Shown here: in pieces, positions 44,369-58,851 of the stretch
Layout of the letters: every line of letters begins with the position of its first letter
Numbering within the stretch: the first letter of the stretch is position 1
Assembly: GCF_009914755.1 (NCBI RefSeq)
Contig: NC_060932.1
Source of the DNA: the human T2T-CHM13v2.0 reference genome, Homo sapiens
Strand: one strand, 5' to 3'
Length of the DNA: 64,000 bases
Translations under genes and position numbers: made by a program
The notes under the pieces: model-generated
Seen by the model: only the letters and a program-made list of their open reading frames with translations
Databases searched by the model: none
Told to the model about the DNA's origin: nothing

Positions 44369-45429
44369 TAAGATATTAAAATTCAAGTTTTTAACAGCAG
44401 ATAATTGCTTTTTTCTGATTTTTAAAAAATGACTTTGTAAAACTAGCAATTATCTTTTCCTGGAGTTTTGTCTATGAGTTAAAATTTAAAATTTAGCTAC
44501 AGTCTCTGTATTTATGAGTTAAAGTGACATTACTTAAATAATCAAGTCATAATAATTTTCAATATTATGTATTGAAAAAAAAATCCCAAATGTCTGCCTG
44601 TCTTTTATAAGCCTACCTTATTTTTTTTCAACTTTTATGTTTTTAATTGAGATTATACGTTTTGTGCCGAATAGATGTTTTCTGTTTATTTCTCTTTCGT
44701 TAATTAGCAGTGTATCCATTTTACAAGTCATTCCTTTCATCCCAATAACTTGAGGTCCACTGTGGTTTCTGAAGTCTGCTAAGAACTTGTGATCAGACCG
44801 TTCCACCCAGACTCGGACCCTCAGTTTCCTGCATTTGTACATATGTATAGTTAAATGACAATAAATAGGTATTCATCTTGCTCTTAGAAGTAGGTTGGCT
44901 GTTTTTAAAACACACAGTTTTTCATCTAATGACACCAGGACAAAAACTTTCCATTTGCTGAGGGAGTCTAATTAAAGAAATAAAAAAGAAACTTATCTAT
45001 TATAGGAGGAAAAATTATTTGCCTTCTGAATAGTGCTAGAAGCACATGTCAAGAAGATGTGCTAAGAATAAAAAAAAAAGTCTTGTTCTTTGTTTTGTTT
45101 AATGTAGCTGTGTGAGGCAGCTGCAACCCTTCATTTTCATGGAAACAATCCCACACCCTTCTTCACCCCAAAGAGTCCTTTTCGTCCAACTAGGAACAGA
45201 TTTTTTTACCCAAAATTTCATAGGATCATAAAATTTTGAAGCTTAGAGATCCTTTTGTCTAACTTTATAAACTAAGTAAGCAGCCAAGGATACTGCAGGA
45301 AAACAGTGGGAAAATCTATCCACAGAGCTCAACTCTTACCCTGTACTTACCTACAAGCAAACTACACTCCAGCAGCATTAAGCTTCTCTAAAAGATTGGG
45401 TGATTTTAGGACTCCATATCTTGGCACTG

Positions 45430-45890
45430 AGAGCTCCTCTTGCCTGGAAGGACTGGCTCTTCTGTCATTGGGAACATGCCTGCTCTTCCTTCAAGATCCA
45501 GTTCAAAGATCATCTCATCTGGTCAGGTGCAGTGGCTCGCGCCTGTAATCCCAGTGCTATGGGGAGGCGAACGTGGGAAGAACACTTGAGCCTAGGAGTT
45601 TGAGACTGCAGTGATGGTGCCACTGCATTCCAGCCTGGGAAACAGAGCAGGATCCCATCACTTAAAGAAAGCTGTCCCAGTTCTCTGAGGCCAGCAGTAT
45701 CTTCTGACTCTGTGTTCCCCTAGAGTACTTAGTTGCCATCTCTACTGTGGCACTTGGCATGGTGCCTTACAATAATGTGTTCCATGTCTACTCACTAGCT
45801 CATGAGTGTTTCAGTTCTTTATCTGTATATATCCATTGCCTAGCACAGTACTTGCCACATAAATAGATCATTAAGAACTGATAATTGAAT
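45430..45890 (+). mobile_element. L2 fragment with an inserted Alu monomer (FRAM/FAM-like, 45521-45670)
   Basis: tccttcaagatccagttcaaa; cctagcacagtacttgccacataaatagatcatt; monomer between them. Confidence 0.7.
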
Positions 45891-46382
45891 GATCGGCCAG
45901 AACTTGCCTGTAGCTCTCCTGGCCTCCAAAAGATTGGTTACGTGTTCTCAGATCCTCTCTAAATTAAAATCATTACCTGAATAATCATTCTCAGCCTCAC
46001 ACCTTTTGAAAAGTAAACTAAATATTAGCTTATTTTCTCATTTCCAAGCCTCTTTAATATCTTTGTTGCACAAATTATTCACCGCAACCTACTATTCACT
46101 AAATTCAAGGCATATAGGGCCATCCAGACTTCACCTTTGAAAAATTTAATCACTGGACTCACCACATTTAAAATAAAATAAAATTAGAGTTTAATTACTT
46201 TTGCCTTTTTGTAAGAAGTTTGTTTGTCCTTTATTAAGTAGATATAATTAGGCTTCATAATTGGGGTATTGCTTTTTGTAATTCTCTTATCCACATATTT
46301 GGCCCAGAGGAGTACTCCTTCACTTATAAAATCTCTCATCACATATTTTAGGGACTAGGAAGGATAGAGGCTAACATTGTAT

Positions 46383-46407
<25 letters not shown>
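46383..46407. repeat. (CA)n
   Basis: About 12 units. Confidence 0.9.
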
Positions 46408-46413
<6 letters not shown>

Positions 46414-47077
46414 TGTATATATACATCCTGTCAAAGGCACTACCAAGTACAAGACGTCAAAATTTTAAAAAAATCATCTCTATCTTTGTCTTCCAGTCCA
46501 GTGGTGAAATGGAAGTTATTTGCCCTGCGAATGCTGACCATATTGCTGACGAATCATTTCTGCTGTGACATGAGGCCCCAGCACTGGGTTTCTGGGTGTT
46601 CTCTCCATTGCCATCACTGGTTTTATATGTTTGTTTCAGATGAGCCAAACTGGTGCATTCAGCCCCTACGGAAAGGTCACTAACGTTTCAGAGAGGGGAA
46701 TTCGTTAGGAGTGTTGGACAGATCTTTTGGGAAAAAAATCAAAGCCTGCATAGAACTTGGGGTATAAGCAAACTGTAAGCACGCACGGAGACAAAAATAA
46801 ATGTAGTATATTGGCAAAGGCTCAAGGCTCAGAAGATAGTCTTTGAAACTTCTGGTATGACTTTCAAGCTTTCCCTGTAAACAGAAAACATTAATATTTG
46901 CAATTCTTTATAGTAATAAGCAGTTGCTCCCTGGAGAAAAGTACAGAAATTCTAAGTGTTATTCTTATCTATTTTTTTCTTCATTAAGCCAGTTGCTGTA
47001 ATTGATTTTTAGATATACAGAAAAAAGTCTTTAAATCTTACCGTATACTTTCCTATAAAGAGTTTGACTTGAGTTAA

Positions 47078-47485
<408 letters not shown>

Positions 47486-48492
47486 TCTTCCTTATTTTTT
47501 TTAAATATAAGTGCATATATTACACATAAATATTATATATGATATATAATACACATATATTAAACACACGTATAATATGTAGTACATATATATGACATTT
47601 GTGTGCAATATATACACATACATATGTACAAACATATGAAAAATAGAGCTGTATTAAAATTATACTTTAAGTAAATCACCAGACAAACATTATTGGCTAC
47701 TGGAGGCTTATGGAAATAATCATCTAATAATAATGTACGAAATGTGTTTTCTCATTCCACATTCCAATTATTCCTACATATATCATTTCCCCTGGAAATG
47801 AAAGTAGAGATATACTGGGAAAAGATATTCACACATGCATGTCCTGATTAGGGCAGGAAGTAACTGACAAATCTCAGGAGAGCCTTTCTTGCAACCCCGC
47901 CAGGCCATTTGCATGGATTCCAGATGTTTATGGGCTTGTTAGAAACTTTGAATTGTTATCTGAACGACGACCCTGACACTAAGCACTGTCTCCCCGTTGC
48001 TTCACTCCTTACTCCCCGCTAGATTTGACTTGCTGTGTCTTTATACCAGAGACTGAAAGAAGAAAAGAAAAACCTAAGCCCACCCATTACTCTGGCAAAA
48101 CTTTTAATCAAAACACTCCCATCGATTTCCTAGCTTTCTCCTTCAACCAACAAAGAAAGGTAAGAGATCACTTTTCCAAAGCTTTCGAAATATCAATTCT
48201 AGTTTTCAAATCTTATTCTGCTCAGAAGCCCACGTTAATATTTGAGCATGGATGTACTTTCTCCCCAAGACAGAACACGAGGCTGGAAGACACCCCAGGA
48301 GGAGGAGCCATGCTCCATGGAGTCCTCCCGGCTTCCCAGCCTCCTGCCTCTCCGCTCTCTCAACCCAACCTATCACAGCGTGGACAGCAGTGAAATATTT
48401 TCCACATTATCCGAGTAAGAGAAGGGCTTTTCTTTTCTTCTGTATTGCAAATCAAAGAGAAACTCCCTTTCCTTGACATATTCTCTGGGTAC

Positions 48493-48748
48493 ATTTTTTT
48501 AACTTTTATTTTAGATTCAGGGGTACACGTGCAGTTTTCTTATATATAACTCATGTCATGCGGGTTTGCTATACAGATTATTTCGGCACCCTGGTACTAA
48601 GCATAGGCCCTAAGAGTTATTTTTTCCTGCTCCTTTCCCTCCTCCCACCCTCCACCCTCAAGAAGGCCCCAGGGGCTGTTGTTCCCTTGTATATGTCCAT
48701 GAATTCTCATCATTTAGCTCCCACCTGTAAGTGAGAACATGTGGTATT
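48493..48748 (-). mobile_element. L1PA (PA13-16-like) 3' end
   Basis: aacttttattttagattcaggggtacacgtgcag...cctcccaccctccaccctcaa...gtaagtgagaacatgtggtatt. Confidence 0.88.
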
Positions 48749-50711
48749 AGTTCTATAATGAAAGGCAAACAGTCGCAGGTAAGGAAAACAATGCTGGGAA
48801 ACAGAAGCAAATTTGATAATTTGCATAAGCCAGTCCACCCTTCTTCTGAGGCTGGTGATGCATGGTGACTGCATGTGGCCTGAGCTTTCTCTTCCTTTGA
48901 AATGTTACTCCTTGCACTGGTATGTCATCCCTGTGACTGCAGTTGGTCCCTTAACCACGTGTAGAACCTTGTCTGGTGGCGGGTGGTTCTGTTCCATTGT
49001 GAGGTTCACTTTCAGTCTAAGGGCTCGTTTTCACTCATTGATCTCCGTACGCAGGGCCACTGAAAGAGCATCACGTAGCAAAGCTTTTCAGGAAATTTGT
49101 GTCACAGGACGTTTAACTCTGTTAGGGAGAGTTGGCAATGATTATTGGAGTCCAGTTATATGGAAAATCAGCACAGTTACCCACCCATTATCCAGTTTTC
49201 TAGGGGGAAGTGTTAGGGGGAAAATAATTGCTTAATAAGAGTAAAACTTGTATTACAGAAGAAAATAGTGCACTTTATTAATAACATTTAATAGATAATA
49301 TGTAGTCTTTCATGTTCAGAAATGGCCATTTTCTAACTATCCTTTTCTAATAACAAGTCATTCTGTCCAGTCTTCGTGACAAGATAGTTGTTTCTAGGAA
49401 GAATCAGTAGATTGCAGTGGTGTTTTTTTCCCCCAACCAATGATTTCCGCAAAATCTAGGGTTTTTTTAACCTCTGGAAAGCTATTTAAAAACATTAAGG
49501 AATTATTTTTGATCTCCTACTGCGTTATGGCTCTTGTTAGATGAAGCCAAGCAGAAACTCATTAAAGACCAATATATTCCATAAGTGAAGTAACTTACTT
49601 TCTAGACATGTCTAGTAAAATCATCTAAACTCTGGAGTAGGAGAAACCTGGTTACCTAGCAGAATCAGCAGCAAGCTGAAGTAATATGAAAAAAGGAGTC
49701 TGAAAATAGGAAAGAAATCTCTCCCGGCATCTCAAAGTCGGTAAAACTACAAGCACTTCTAGGCATTCCCTGTTTCAGAAGGCAGGGATTGAGGGGGAAC
49801 ATGCGATGTAGATTCAAAAGGAAAGTCTATCAAAATGCTCTAAGAAAGGGGGCAGCGGAGTTTAAATCACAACGGAAGACCCAGAGGCAAACCTGAAGTG
49901 ATGTTCATTTAGTTTTGCTTTGAGTCTCAATTTTTACCTTTGTCTTGTGTCTCATTTCTCTAAGCTTTAAATCAGTGACCACTTTGTGTAATGTGCTGGA
50001 CTCACACACAATAACATCCAAGTCAGAGACCTAAATAAATAAATTGAAAACAATTCAACAAAATCTGTTCCTGGAGAGCTGAACCTGAGCAGCCCCCATG
50101 AAGTCTCACTGGCTGTAGGTATCCAGAGGTGTTTGTTCTGTCCCACAGGAAGGAAGCCAGTGTGTCCTGAGGGCATGTCCTGAGGGCATGTCCCTGGCAC
50201 TTAGGTTGAACAAAGCTGAACACTGTGGGTGGATAAAGGTTAATCAGGTGGTGGGAAGTCAGGGAGGTGGGGAGGAAAAGCTACAAAGAGAATCAATGGT
50301 TGGAAAGCAACGCAGCAGGTAAAAGTTGAAATATCAAAGAAGATGAGGTTCAGGGACCTTGCAAAATCTACAGAGAATAGAGACAAACTTTGAAATGAGT
50401 TGCAGTAGGACTGGAGCATAAGGAACAGAATCCAGGAAAGTGTGGAAACTAAGAGGAAACTGAGGGAGACATAGGTTCTGTATGGACATAGCAGTGCAGG
50501 TAGGAGCAGTGGTTATTGACCTCCAGTAATGACAGTCACAGTTGGGGTCTGTATGTTTATTATAAGTAGACTCCAGGTCCAAAGGTATTAGGAATTGGTA
50601 GAATGCCTTTTGGCCCAAGGGACTGAGGACCTATGGACTTTGCTTTTTCAGGTCGTACTATTAGAGCACTAGGGTCCTTTCTAATTTCTGTTCAGTGCCA
50701 CCTGCAACTTC

Positions 50712-50830
50712 TTTTTTTCCTTTTTCTTTTTTTCTTTTTTTTTTTTTTGAGACAGAGCCTCATCTGTCACCCAAGCTGGAGTGCGATGGCATGATCTCAA
50801 CTCATGGCAACCTCCACCTCCAGGTTCAGG
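50712..50830 (-). mobile_element. Heavily 5'-truncated Alu
   Basis: Only the 3' ~80 bp plus tail; TSD tgcaacttct. Confidence 0.88.
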
Positions 50831-50928
50831 CTTGCAACTTCTGAAGAGGGTTGAAAAGTCCACAAAGATTAGGGAGGAAAAGAATATGACGTCATGTCTG
50901 TCAAAGAGTTTGCTATTTAAGGGCTTTG

Positions 50929-51240
50929 GATCTCACGGTGTCTCATGCCTGTAATCCCAGGACTTCAGGAAGCAGAGGTGGGCATATCACCTGAGGTCAG
51001 GAGTTCGAGAACAGCCTGGTCAACATGGTGAAACCCTGTCTCTACCAAAAATACAAAAAAATTAACTGGGTATGGTGGTGGGTGCCTGTAATCCCAGCTA
51101 CTCAGGAGGCTCAGGCAGGATAATTGCTTGAATTTGGGAGGCAGATGTTGCAGCGAGCTGAGATTGTGACACTGCACTGCAGCCTGGGTGAAGGAGCAAG
51201 ACTCTCACAAAATAAAAAAAATAAAAAAATTAGAAAAAAA
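50929..51240 (+). mobile_element. AluS
   Basis: Dimer; TSD aa(g)ggcttt. Confidence 0.9.
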
Positions 51241-51259
51241 GGCTTTGTATCTAAGCACT

Positions 51260-51420
51260 TGGTGGTTCTCCAACTTTTATGTGTATGAGAGTCACAGTGG
51301 TGGGGAGTGGCAGGAGATAGTTTAAAATACAACCAATCCAGAGATGCTGTTTCAACAGATCTGGGGTAAGAACCCAGGAATCTGTGCACATAATCAGAGC
51401 TGTAGGCCATTCTGATCGGG
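51260..51420 (+). mobile_element. MER5A-like MITE
   Basis: gtggttctccaacttttatgtgtatgagagtcac...ttcaacagatctggggtaagaacccaggaatctg. Confidence 0.65.
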
Positions 51421-51720
51421 CCAGTAGCTGACACACACGCAGCGTGGTGCCAATGAGAAAAAGGTGCCTCCGGTGGGTGGACCAATTTAAGAGCCCTTAT
51501 TTCTCAGGTTTCCCCACAGTCTTGCCAATGAGAACCTTTTGGCCATCAGGGCTGGTAAAATTTCAGTCCCACTCCTCCCTACTTGGCTGGGCAGACTACA
51601 ACCTCTACAGCCTCCCTCGGTGGTCCTGATCCTTTAAAGGTGTTCTTTGAACCTACTTTAATTCATCCTAAACTGCCCTGATGACAACAGTGTCCCAGTA
51701 GCTTAAGGAATGAGAGGACC

Positions 51721-52105
<385 letters not shown>

Positions 52106-52692
52106 TTAGTAATTTTAATAAGTGTCTCGGTCAGACCCTTGGGAAGCACCGATTTTAAAGGGTGGTAAAACACTAACGCAACCTTTCTCCTTGGTGTGTT
52201 CTCTCTGCCTGGGGAAATCAGAGGCATCTTTCTACTCCAGATCCCATTCCTTCCCAGAATGGAATAGAAAGACATAATAATATGGACAGAAAGAGCAGAC
52301 TTGAAAAATATTTATGAAGGTCAAAATGCAGTGGAAAAATATAATCCAAAACAAGATACATGTGTTCATGGAAGAAGAAATTGGGAATATTTTCTTGTAG
52401 TTTTAGGCTTAACCAGCTGTAATTGCTGGATTGGCACCTACAGTGCCTCTTTCCACTTGCCACACTGTGCAAGGTGATAGATGAAATAAATTCAAACTTT
52501 TTCATGTCACCATACCTACGGATGTTGAACACTTTCAGCTTATCTGCTATTATTTTTGCTGTAAGCTTATCTGCTAATAAACTTATTAATTAAAGAATAG
52601 GTGTCTCACCGTTTTGCCTTTCATTTTATAAAATAATACCAAAAAGATCTACCAGGAAAGAGCAAAAGTAAGTCTGAATAAAAATGTTAGAG

Positions 52693-52992
<300 letters not shown>

Positions 52993-53916
52993 TTAGAAGT
53001 GGATCCCTCATTTAAATATTCAAATATTCTTATTTTGTAAATGTCTTAAACACAACAACAAAAGGGTGAATAAAATACAAGCTCTAGAGTCTGGTAATTA
53101 TGTGGCATTATGGTGATCAAATTTCTATAATGTTTATAACATTATAGGATCAAACCCCTACAATGTGTGATGTTTGGAATTGCAACAGTCACCAGTGTCT
53201 TATTCTTCTGAAACTAAAAATAAAATCTCCAATATGGTGACCTATAAAAGCTGGATTCTATTTTTAAAAGTATTCTGGCCAAGAACTGACTTAGTAATGT
53301 GTAAGTGATTGTAAAATGAGACAGGATGATTTTGGATACTCCTGGCTGGTATTTATGACCAGCTAGGGTCCTTGATCACTTGATGGTCTAATGACTACTC
53401 ACAACCAGGCTTGAGCATGGTTGACAGCCTTGGGTCCTGTGTTCTTCCAGCAGGCTTAACAAAATTGATTCCTCATGAATGTAGATGGTCATATTTACTT
53501 CTGGAGGGTAGCACCTATGCTGTGAATATTTGCTAAGACACGTTACACATGAAACCACAATGGGAAAAGACCTTTCTAAATCTATAGGTGTGCTTTTCAC
53601 AAAGACAGGATTCTTTGTGAGCAGCAAATAGCAACTTTGCCAACGATCTGATTAAAAAGCCAAAGGTTTGAGTGACTAAAATCTGTGTCTGGGATACGGG
53701 TGCCACAGAGGCTGGAAACATTGGAAAAGCCTGTGACCGTGGTTCCAAGGGTGTGGCACTGAGAAACTCTTGGCCAAAACATTCTGATGCTGCTGAAAGA
53801 GGGACACGGAACAGGGACCTGCCCCTCCCAAAATCCAGCAACAGTTTTCTCAACATTTACATCAGGTTCCTGAGAAAGAAATTTCAGCCTTTTTTTTTTC
53901 TTTTTGTAATCAGTAT

Positions 53917-54215
53917 TTTTTTTTTTTTTTTTTGAAACAAGGTCTTCTTCTGTCACCCAGGCTGAAGTTCAGTAGTGTGATTATGGCTCACTGCAGCCTT
54001 GACTTCCTGGACTCAAGCGATCCTCCCACCTCAGCCTCCAGAGTAGCTGGAAGTACAAGCACATGCCATCACACCCAGTTAATTTTGTTTATTTTTTATA
54101 GATACGGGTTCTCACCATGTTTCCCAGGCTGGCCTCAAACTGGCTCAAGTGATCTTCCTGCCTCAGCTTCCCAAAGTGTAGGGATTAGAGGCGTGAGACA
54201 TTGCATCCAGCCTGG
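53917..54215 (-). mobile_element. AluJ
   Basis: ctcactgcagccttgacttcctggactcaagcgatcctccc; TSD aatcagtatt. Confidence 0.9.
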
Positions 54216-54604
54216 AATCAGTATTCTTAAATTAAAATGAAGAGCAAATTTCCTAGAGTTGTCTTTTGAAGTGCTTATTGGGTTTTAAGGGATGTTGAAT
54301 TTTTCCTCCTTAGTCTATTGTGTGGCAGATGCTTGGCTACTCTGTCACTGTCCAGTATCTGTACATGACTCAGTTTATGTGCACCTTGGAGGGGGTCGTG
54401 CAATAAAACTGGGAGTTTTGCAGTGTGTCAGATTCCCATTGGTGGGGCGCCTGTATCAGCACACATTAAAATTATAAAACCAGATACTGACTTCCAAACT
54501 ACGTATATAGACTGATAGCTACTGCCACACTTACCCACTCTCAGCTGTCTGTAGTCACGTGTACTGTTGAAAAAGAAACACAGGAATAAAAATAGAACCT
54601 TCAG

Positions 54605-54918
54605 GGCCAGGCATGGTGGCTCATGCCTGTAATCCCAGCACTTTGGGAGGCCGAGTCAGGCGGGTAACAATGTCAGGAGATTGAGACCATCCTGGCTAAC
54701 ATGGTGAAACCCTGTCTCTACTAAAAATACAAAAAAATAGCTGTGCGTGATGGCTGGCGCCTGTAGTCCCAGCTACTCGGGAGGCTGAGGTAGGAGGATG
54801 GTGTGAACCCAGGTAGGAGGATGGCGTGAACCCAGGAGGCGGAGCTTGCAGTGAGCCGAGATCGTGCCACTGAACTCCAGCCTAGGCGACAGAGCGAGAC
54901 TCCGTCTCAAAAAAAAAC
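54605..54918 (+). mobile_element. AluY with internal 23-bp tandem duplication
   Basis: aggtaggaggatgg(t/c)gtgaaccc twice (54788-54833); TSD aga(a/t)ccttcag. Confidence 0.92.
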
Positions 54919-55561
54919 AGATCCTTCAGAAAATCAGTGAGTTTGGAAACTCTATTGGTGAAAAAAAGTAACAAGTGGGATCTGGTCCTGAGTGTTTAAC
55001 CTGGAGCTGACTTTCAAGTGTAATATGCCTACCACTGTAGTAATATTACCTTCACCCAAAAGCTTTTCCTTCCCGGCTTTCCCACACTCCGAAAACTACC
55101 AATACTCAAAAAAGCTGAAATAGATAACACAAATGGTCCTATAACTATAAAGACATTGAATTTGTATTTTAAAATCTTTCACTGGAGAATTTTATCAGTT
55201 GTTTAAATAATTAACTTCAATTTTGCACAATCTCTTCCAGAAAGAGGTAGGAATATTTCCTAATTCCTTTTACAAGGCCATCATTACCTTGCTAACAAAA
55301 CCAGACTAAGAAAACTGTAGACCAATAACTCTCACGAACTTACATGCAAAAATGCTCAACAAAATTTTAGCAATTCAACAATATGTAAAAAGAATAAAAC
55401 ACCTTGACAAAATAGAATTTATATCAGACATGCAAAGTGGGTTCAATATTCAAAAATCTGTCAGTGTAACCCACCATATCAACAGGCTAAAGAAGAAAAA
55501 TTACGTGATTGTATCAATTGATGCAACAAAAGCATTTGAAGAAAAATTCAACAACAATTCA

Positions 55562-55894
<333 letters not shown>

Positions 55895-56900
55895 TCACAT
55901 AGGAAAATGTCCTCAACCTTATAAATAGCATCTCTGAAAAATCTACAGCTAACATAATACTTATTGGTGAAAGACTAATTGCTTTCTCTGTAAGATTGGG
56001 AACAAGGCAAGGATATACGCTCTCACCATTCTTACTCAGCATTTTACTAAAAGTTCTAGCCGTGACAATAAGGTAAGAGAAATAAAAGGCATGCAGCTTA
56101 AAAAGGAAGAAATTAAGCTGTATCTATTTGCAGATGAGGGGATTGTCTATAAAGGAGATACCAGGGAATTTACAAAAAATTTTAGAATTTATAGTTAAGT
56201 AGGGTAACAGAATACAACATCAACCCATAAAAATCAATTACATTTCTATATACAAACCAAATTAAAAATGCAACACCACTTACAATTACTGCAAAGAAAA
56301 CAAAATACTTGCGTAGAAATTTAACAAAACATATACTAGATCTAAATAATACAATTCCAATGCTCATTAAAGAAACCAAAGAAGACCTCAATACTTGGAG
56401 AGACATACTATGTTTATGGATTAGGAAACTCAAACTAGTAATGAATCCATAGGTTTAAGACAACTCCTATCAAAATCTAGCAAGGCTTTTTGTACACAAA
56501 GACAAGATGATTCTAAAATTTATATAGAAAAGGGAAAGGCCTAGAATAGCCAAAACAATTTTGAGAAAGAAGGATGAATTGAAAGTAATCACTTTTCCTG
56601 AACCTACAGCTTACTACATAGCTAAACTGACAAAGACTGTGACTCTGGCAGAAGGATAAACACATATCGGTGGAACAGAATATAAATTCAGAAACAGATC
56701 CACACAAATATGGATCAAATTTATTTTTGACAAAGGATCAAAATCAATTCAATGGAAGAGAGATAGCATTTTAAATAAATGGTACTGGAAGAATTGGACA
56801 TTCACAGAAAGAAAACTATAACCTAAACTTCACACCTTATACAACATGTAACTCAGTATAAGTCATGGAGTTAAAAGTAAGATATAAAACTATAAAACGG

Positions 56901-57203
<303 letters not shown>

Positions 57204-58093
57204 AACTATAAAACTTCTAGAAAAAATAGGAGACAATCTGAGAACTAGGACTACACAAAGATTTTTAGGCTTGACAATAAAAACATAATTCATTAGTTTA
57301 AAAATGTAAATTGAAGTCTAGTAAAATTAAAAACTTTTCTTCTGGGAAAGACCCTGTTAAAAAGATGAAAATAAAAATTATAAAAACTAGGAGAAAATAT
57401 TTGCATATCACGTGTCCAACAAAGGACCTATATTACAATATATAAAGAACTCTCAAAACTGAATATTTAAAAATATCCATTGGAAAATGGAGAAAAGGCA
57501 TGAATAGATATTTCGTAAAGAACATCTACAGATGCCAAATAAGCACATGAAAGTACATTCAACATCAGTAGTCATTAGAGAATTGCAAATTGAAATCATA
57601 ATGAGATATCACTATATAACTATCAGAATGGCTAAAATAAAAAATAGTGATAACACAAACTGCTGGCAAGGATGCAGAAAAACTGGATCACTCATGGGTT
57701 TCTGGTAGAAATGTTTAATGCCACAACCACTTTGGAAATCAGTTTGGCCGTGTTTTGTAAAACAAATCACACAATATACCCTATGACCCAGCAATTGCAC
57801 TCTTCAGTATTCATCCCACAGAAATGAACACTCATTTGCAGGAAGAACTTGTAAATAAATGTTTACAGAGGCTTTATTCATTATAGCCTGAAATTGGAAA
57901 TTAACCAAATGTCCTTTACAGGGTGAATGGCTAAAAAAACTGTGGTACATACCTGCCATAGAACACTATTCATCAATAAAAGGTACAAACTACTGATTCA
58001 TGCAACCATTTGGGTGAACTTCCAGGAAATTATGTGGAGTGAAGAAAAGGCCAACTCAAAGGATATATATTGCTATATTCCATTATGTAATAT

Positions 58094-58618
58094 TGTTTTG
58101 GTCTTTCTGCTCCTTAGCTCAGCTAGGTCCTAGCTCTTGTCTCGCAACCAGGAAGAATTAGATGTGCAGACAGTGGAGGAGAATGAGTGGAGCAGAATTT
58201 ATTAAGTGAAAGGAAAGCTCTCAGCAAAGAGAGGATACAGGGAGTGAGGGGGGTTCCGCTACCTGATGGTGGGAAACTTCCCTGTGTGGCTGGGTCTAGG
58301 GCCTTTTATGGACTCTGAATGGGGAGTGTGTGCTGATTGGTTTGTGAGTATGGAAAAAAGGTTGAAGCAAAGACACCACTCAAAAGTGGGCACAACAGAG
58401 TAGAAAACCAATTAGGAAAGGGTAGGTATATGTAAAATAGGTGAAGGGTAGGGATTGATCAGGAAAGCGCACCAAACAGGAAGACAAGTTCTCAATCTGG
58501 TCCGAGGATTTAGCCTGTAGCTTGGCTTTCAGGCTTTAAACTGTCCAGTTTGGATGTGGTGTTTCACTGGGGACCTACGCCATCTACCTAGGCATTTGGC
58601 TGCTTCCTGCCAGTCTCA
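58094..58618 (-). mobile_element. ERV1 solo LTR (LTR27/LTR28-like)
   Basis: TG...CA ends and 4-bp TSD atat/acat. Reverse complement starts tgagactggcaggaagcagccaaatgcctaggtagat...ccccagtgaaac; CCAAT, CATAAAA and AATAAA occur in order. Confidence 0.8.
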
Positions 58619-58817
58619 ACATTTCTGAAATGACATAATTATAGAGATGGAAAACAGGTTAATGGTTGCCAGGGTTTAGGGATGGGAACAGACGTGTGGA
58701 TGTGGCTACTAAGGGGTAATAGGAAGGAGCCTTTGGGGACAGTAAAGCATCTTGATTGTGGTATTGGATATGTGAAGCTACACACGTGATAAATTTGCAT
58801 AGAGATGTGGGTACACA

Positions 58818-58851
<34 letters not shown>

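Noticed and set aside
48372-48392. REST/RE1-like site (also a half-site near 37210)
   Set aside because: Only one half of the 21-bp motif matches in each case.
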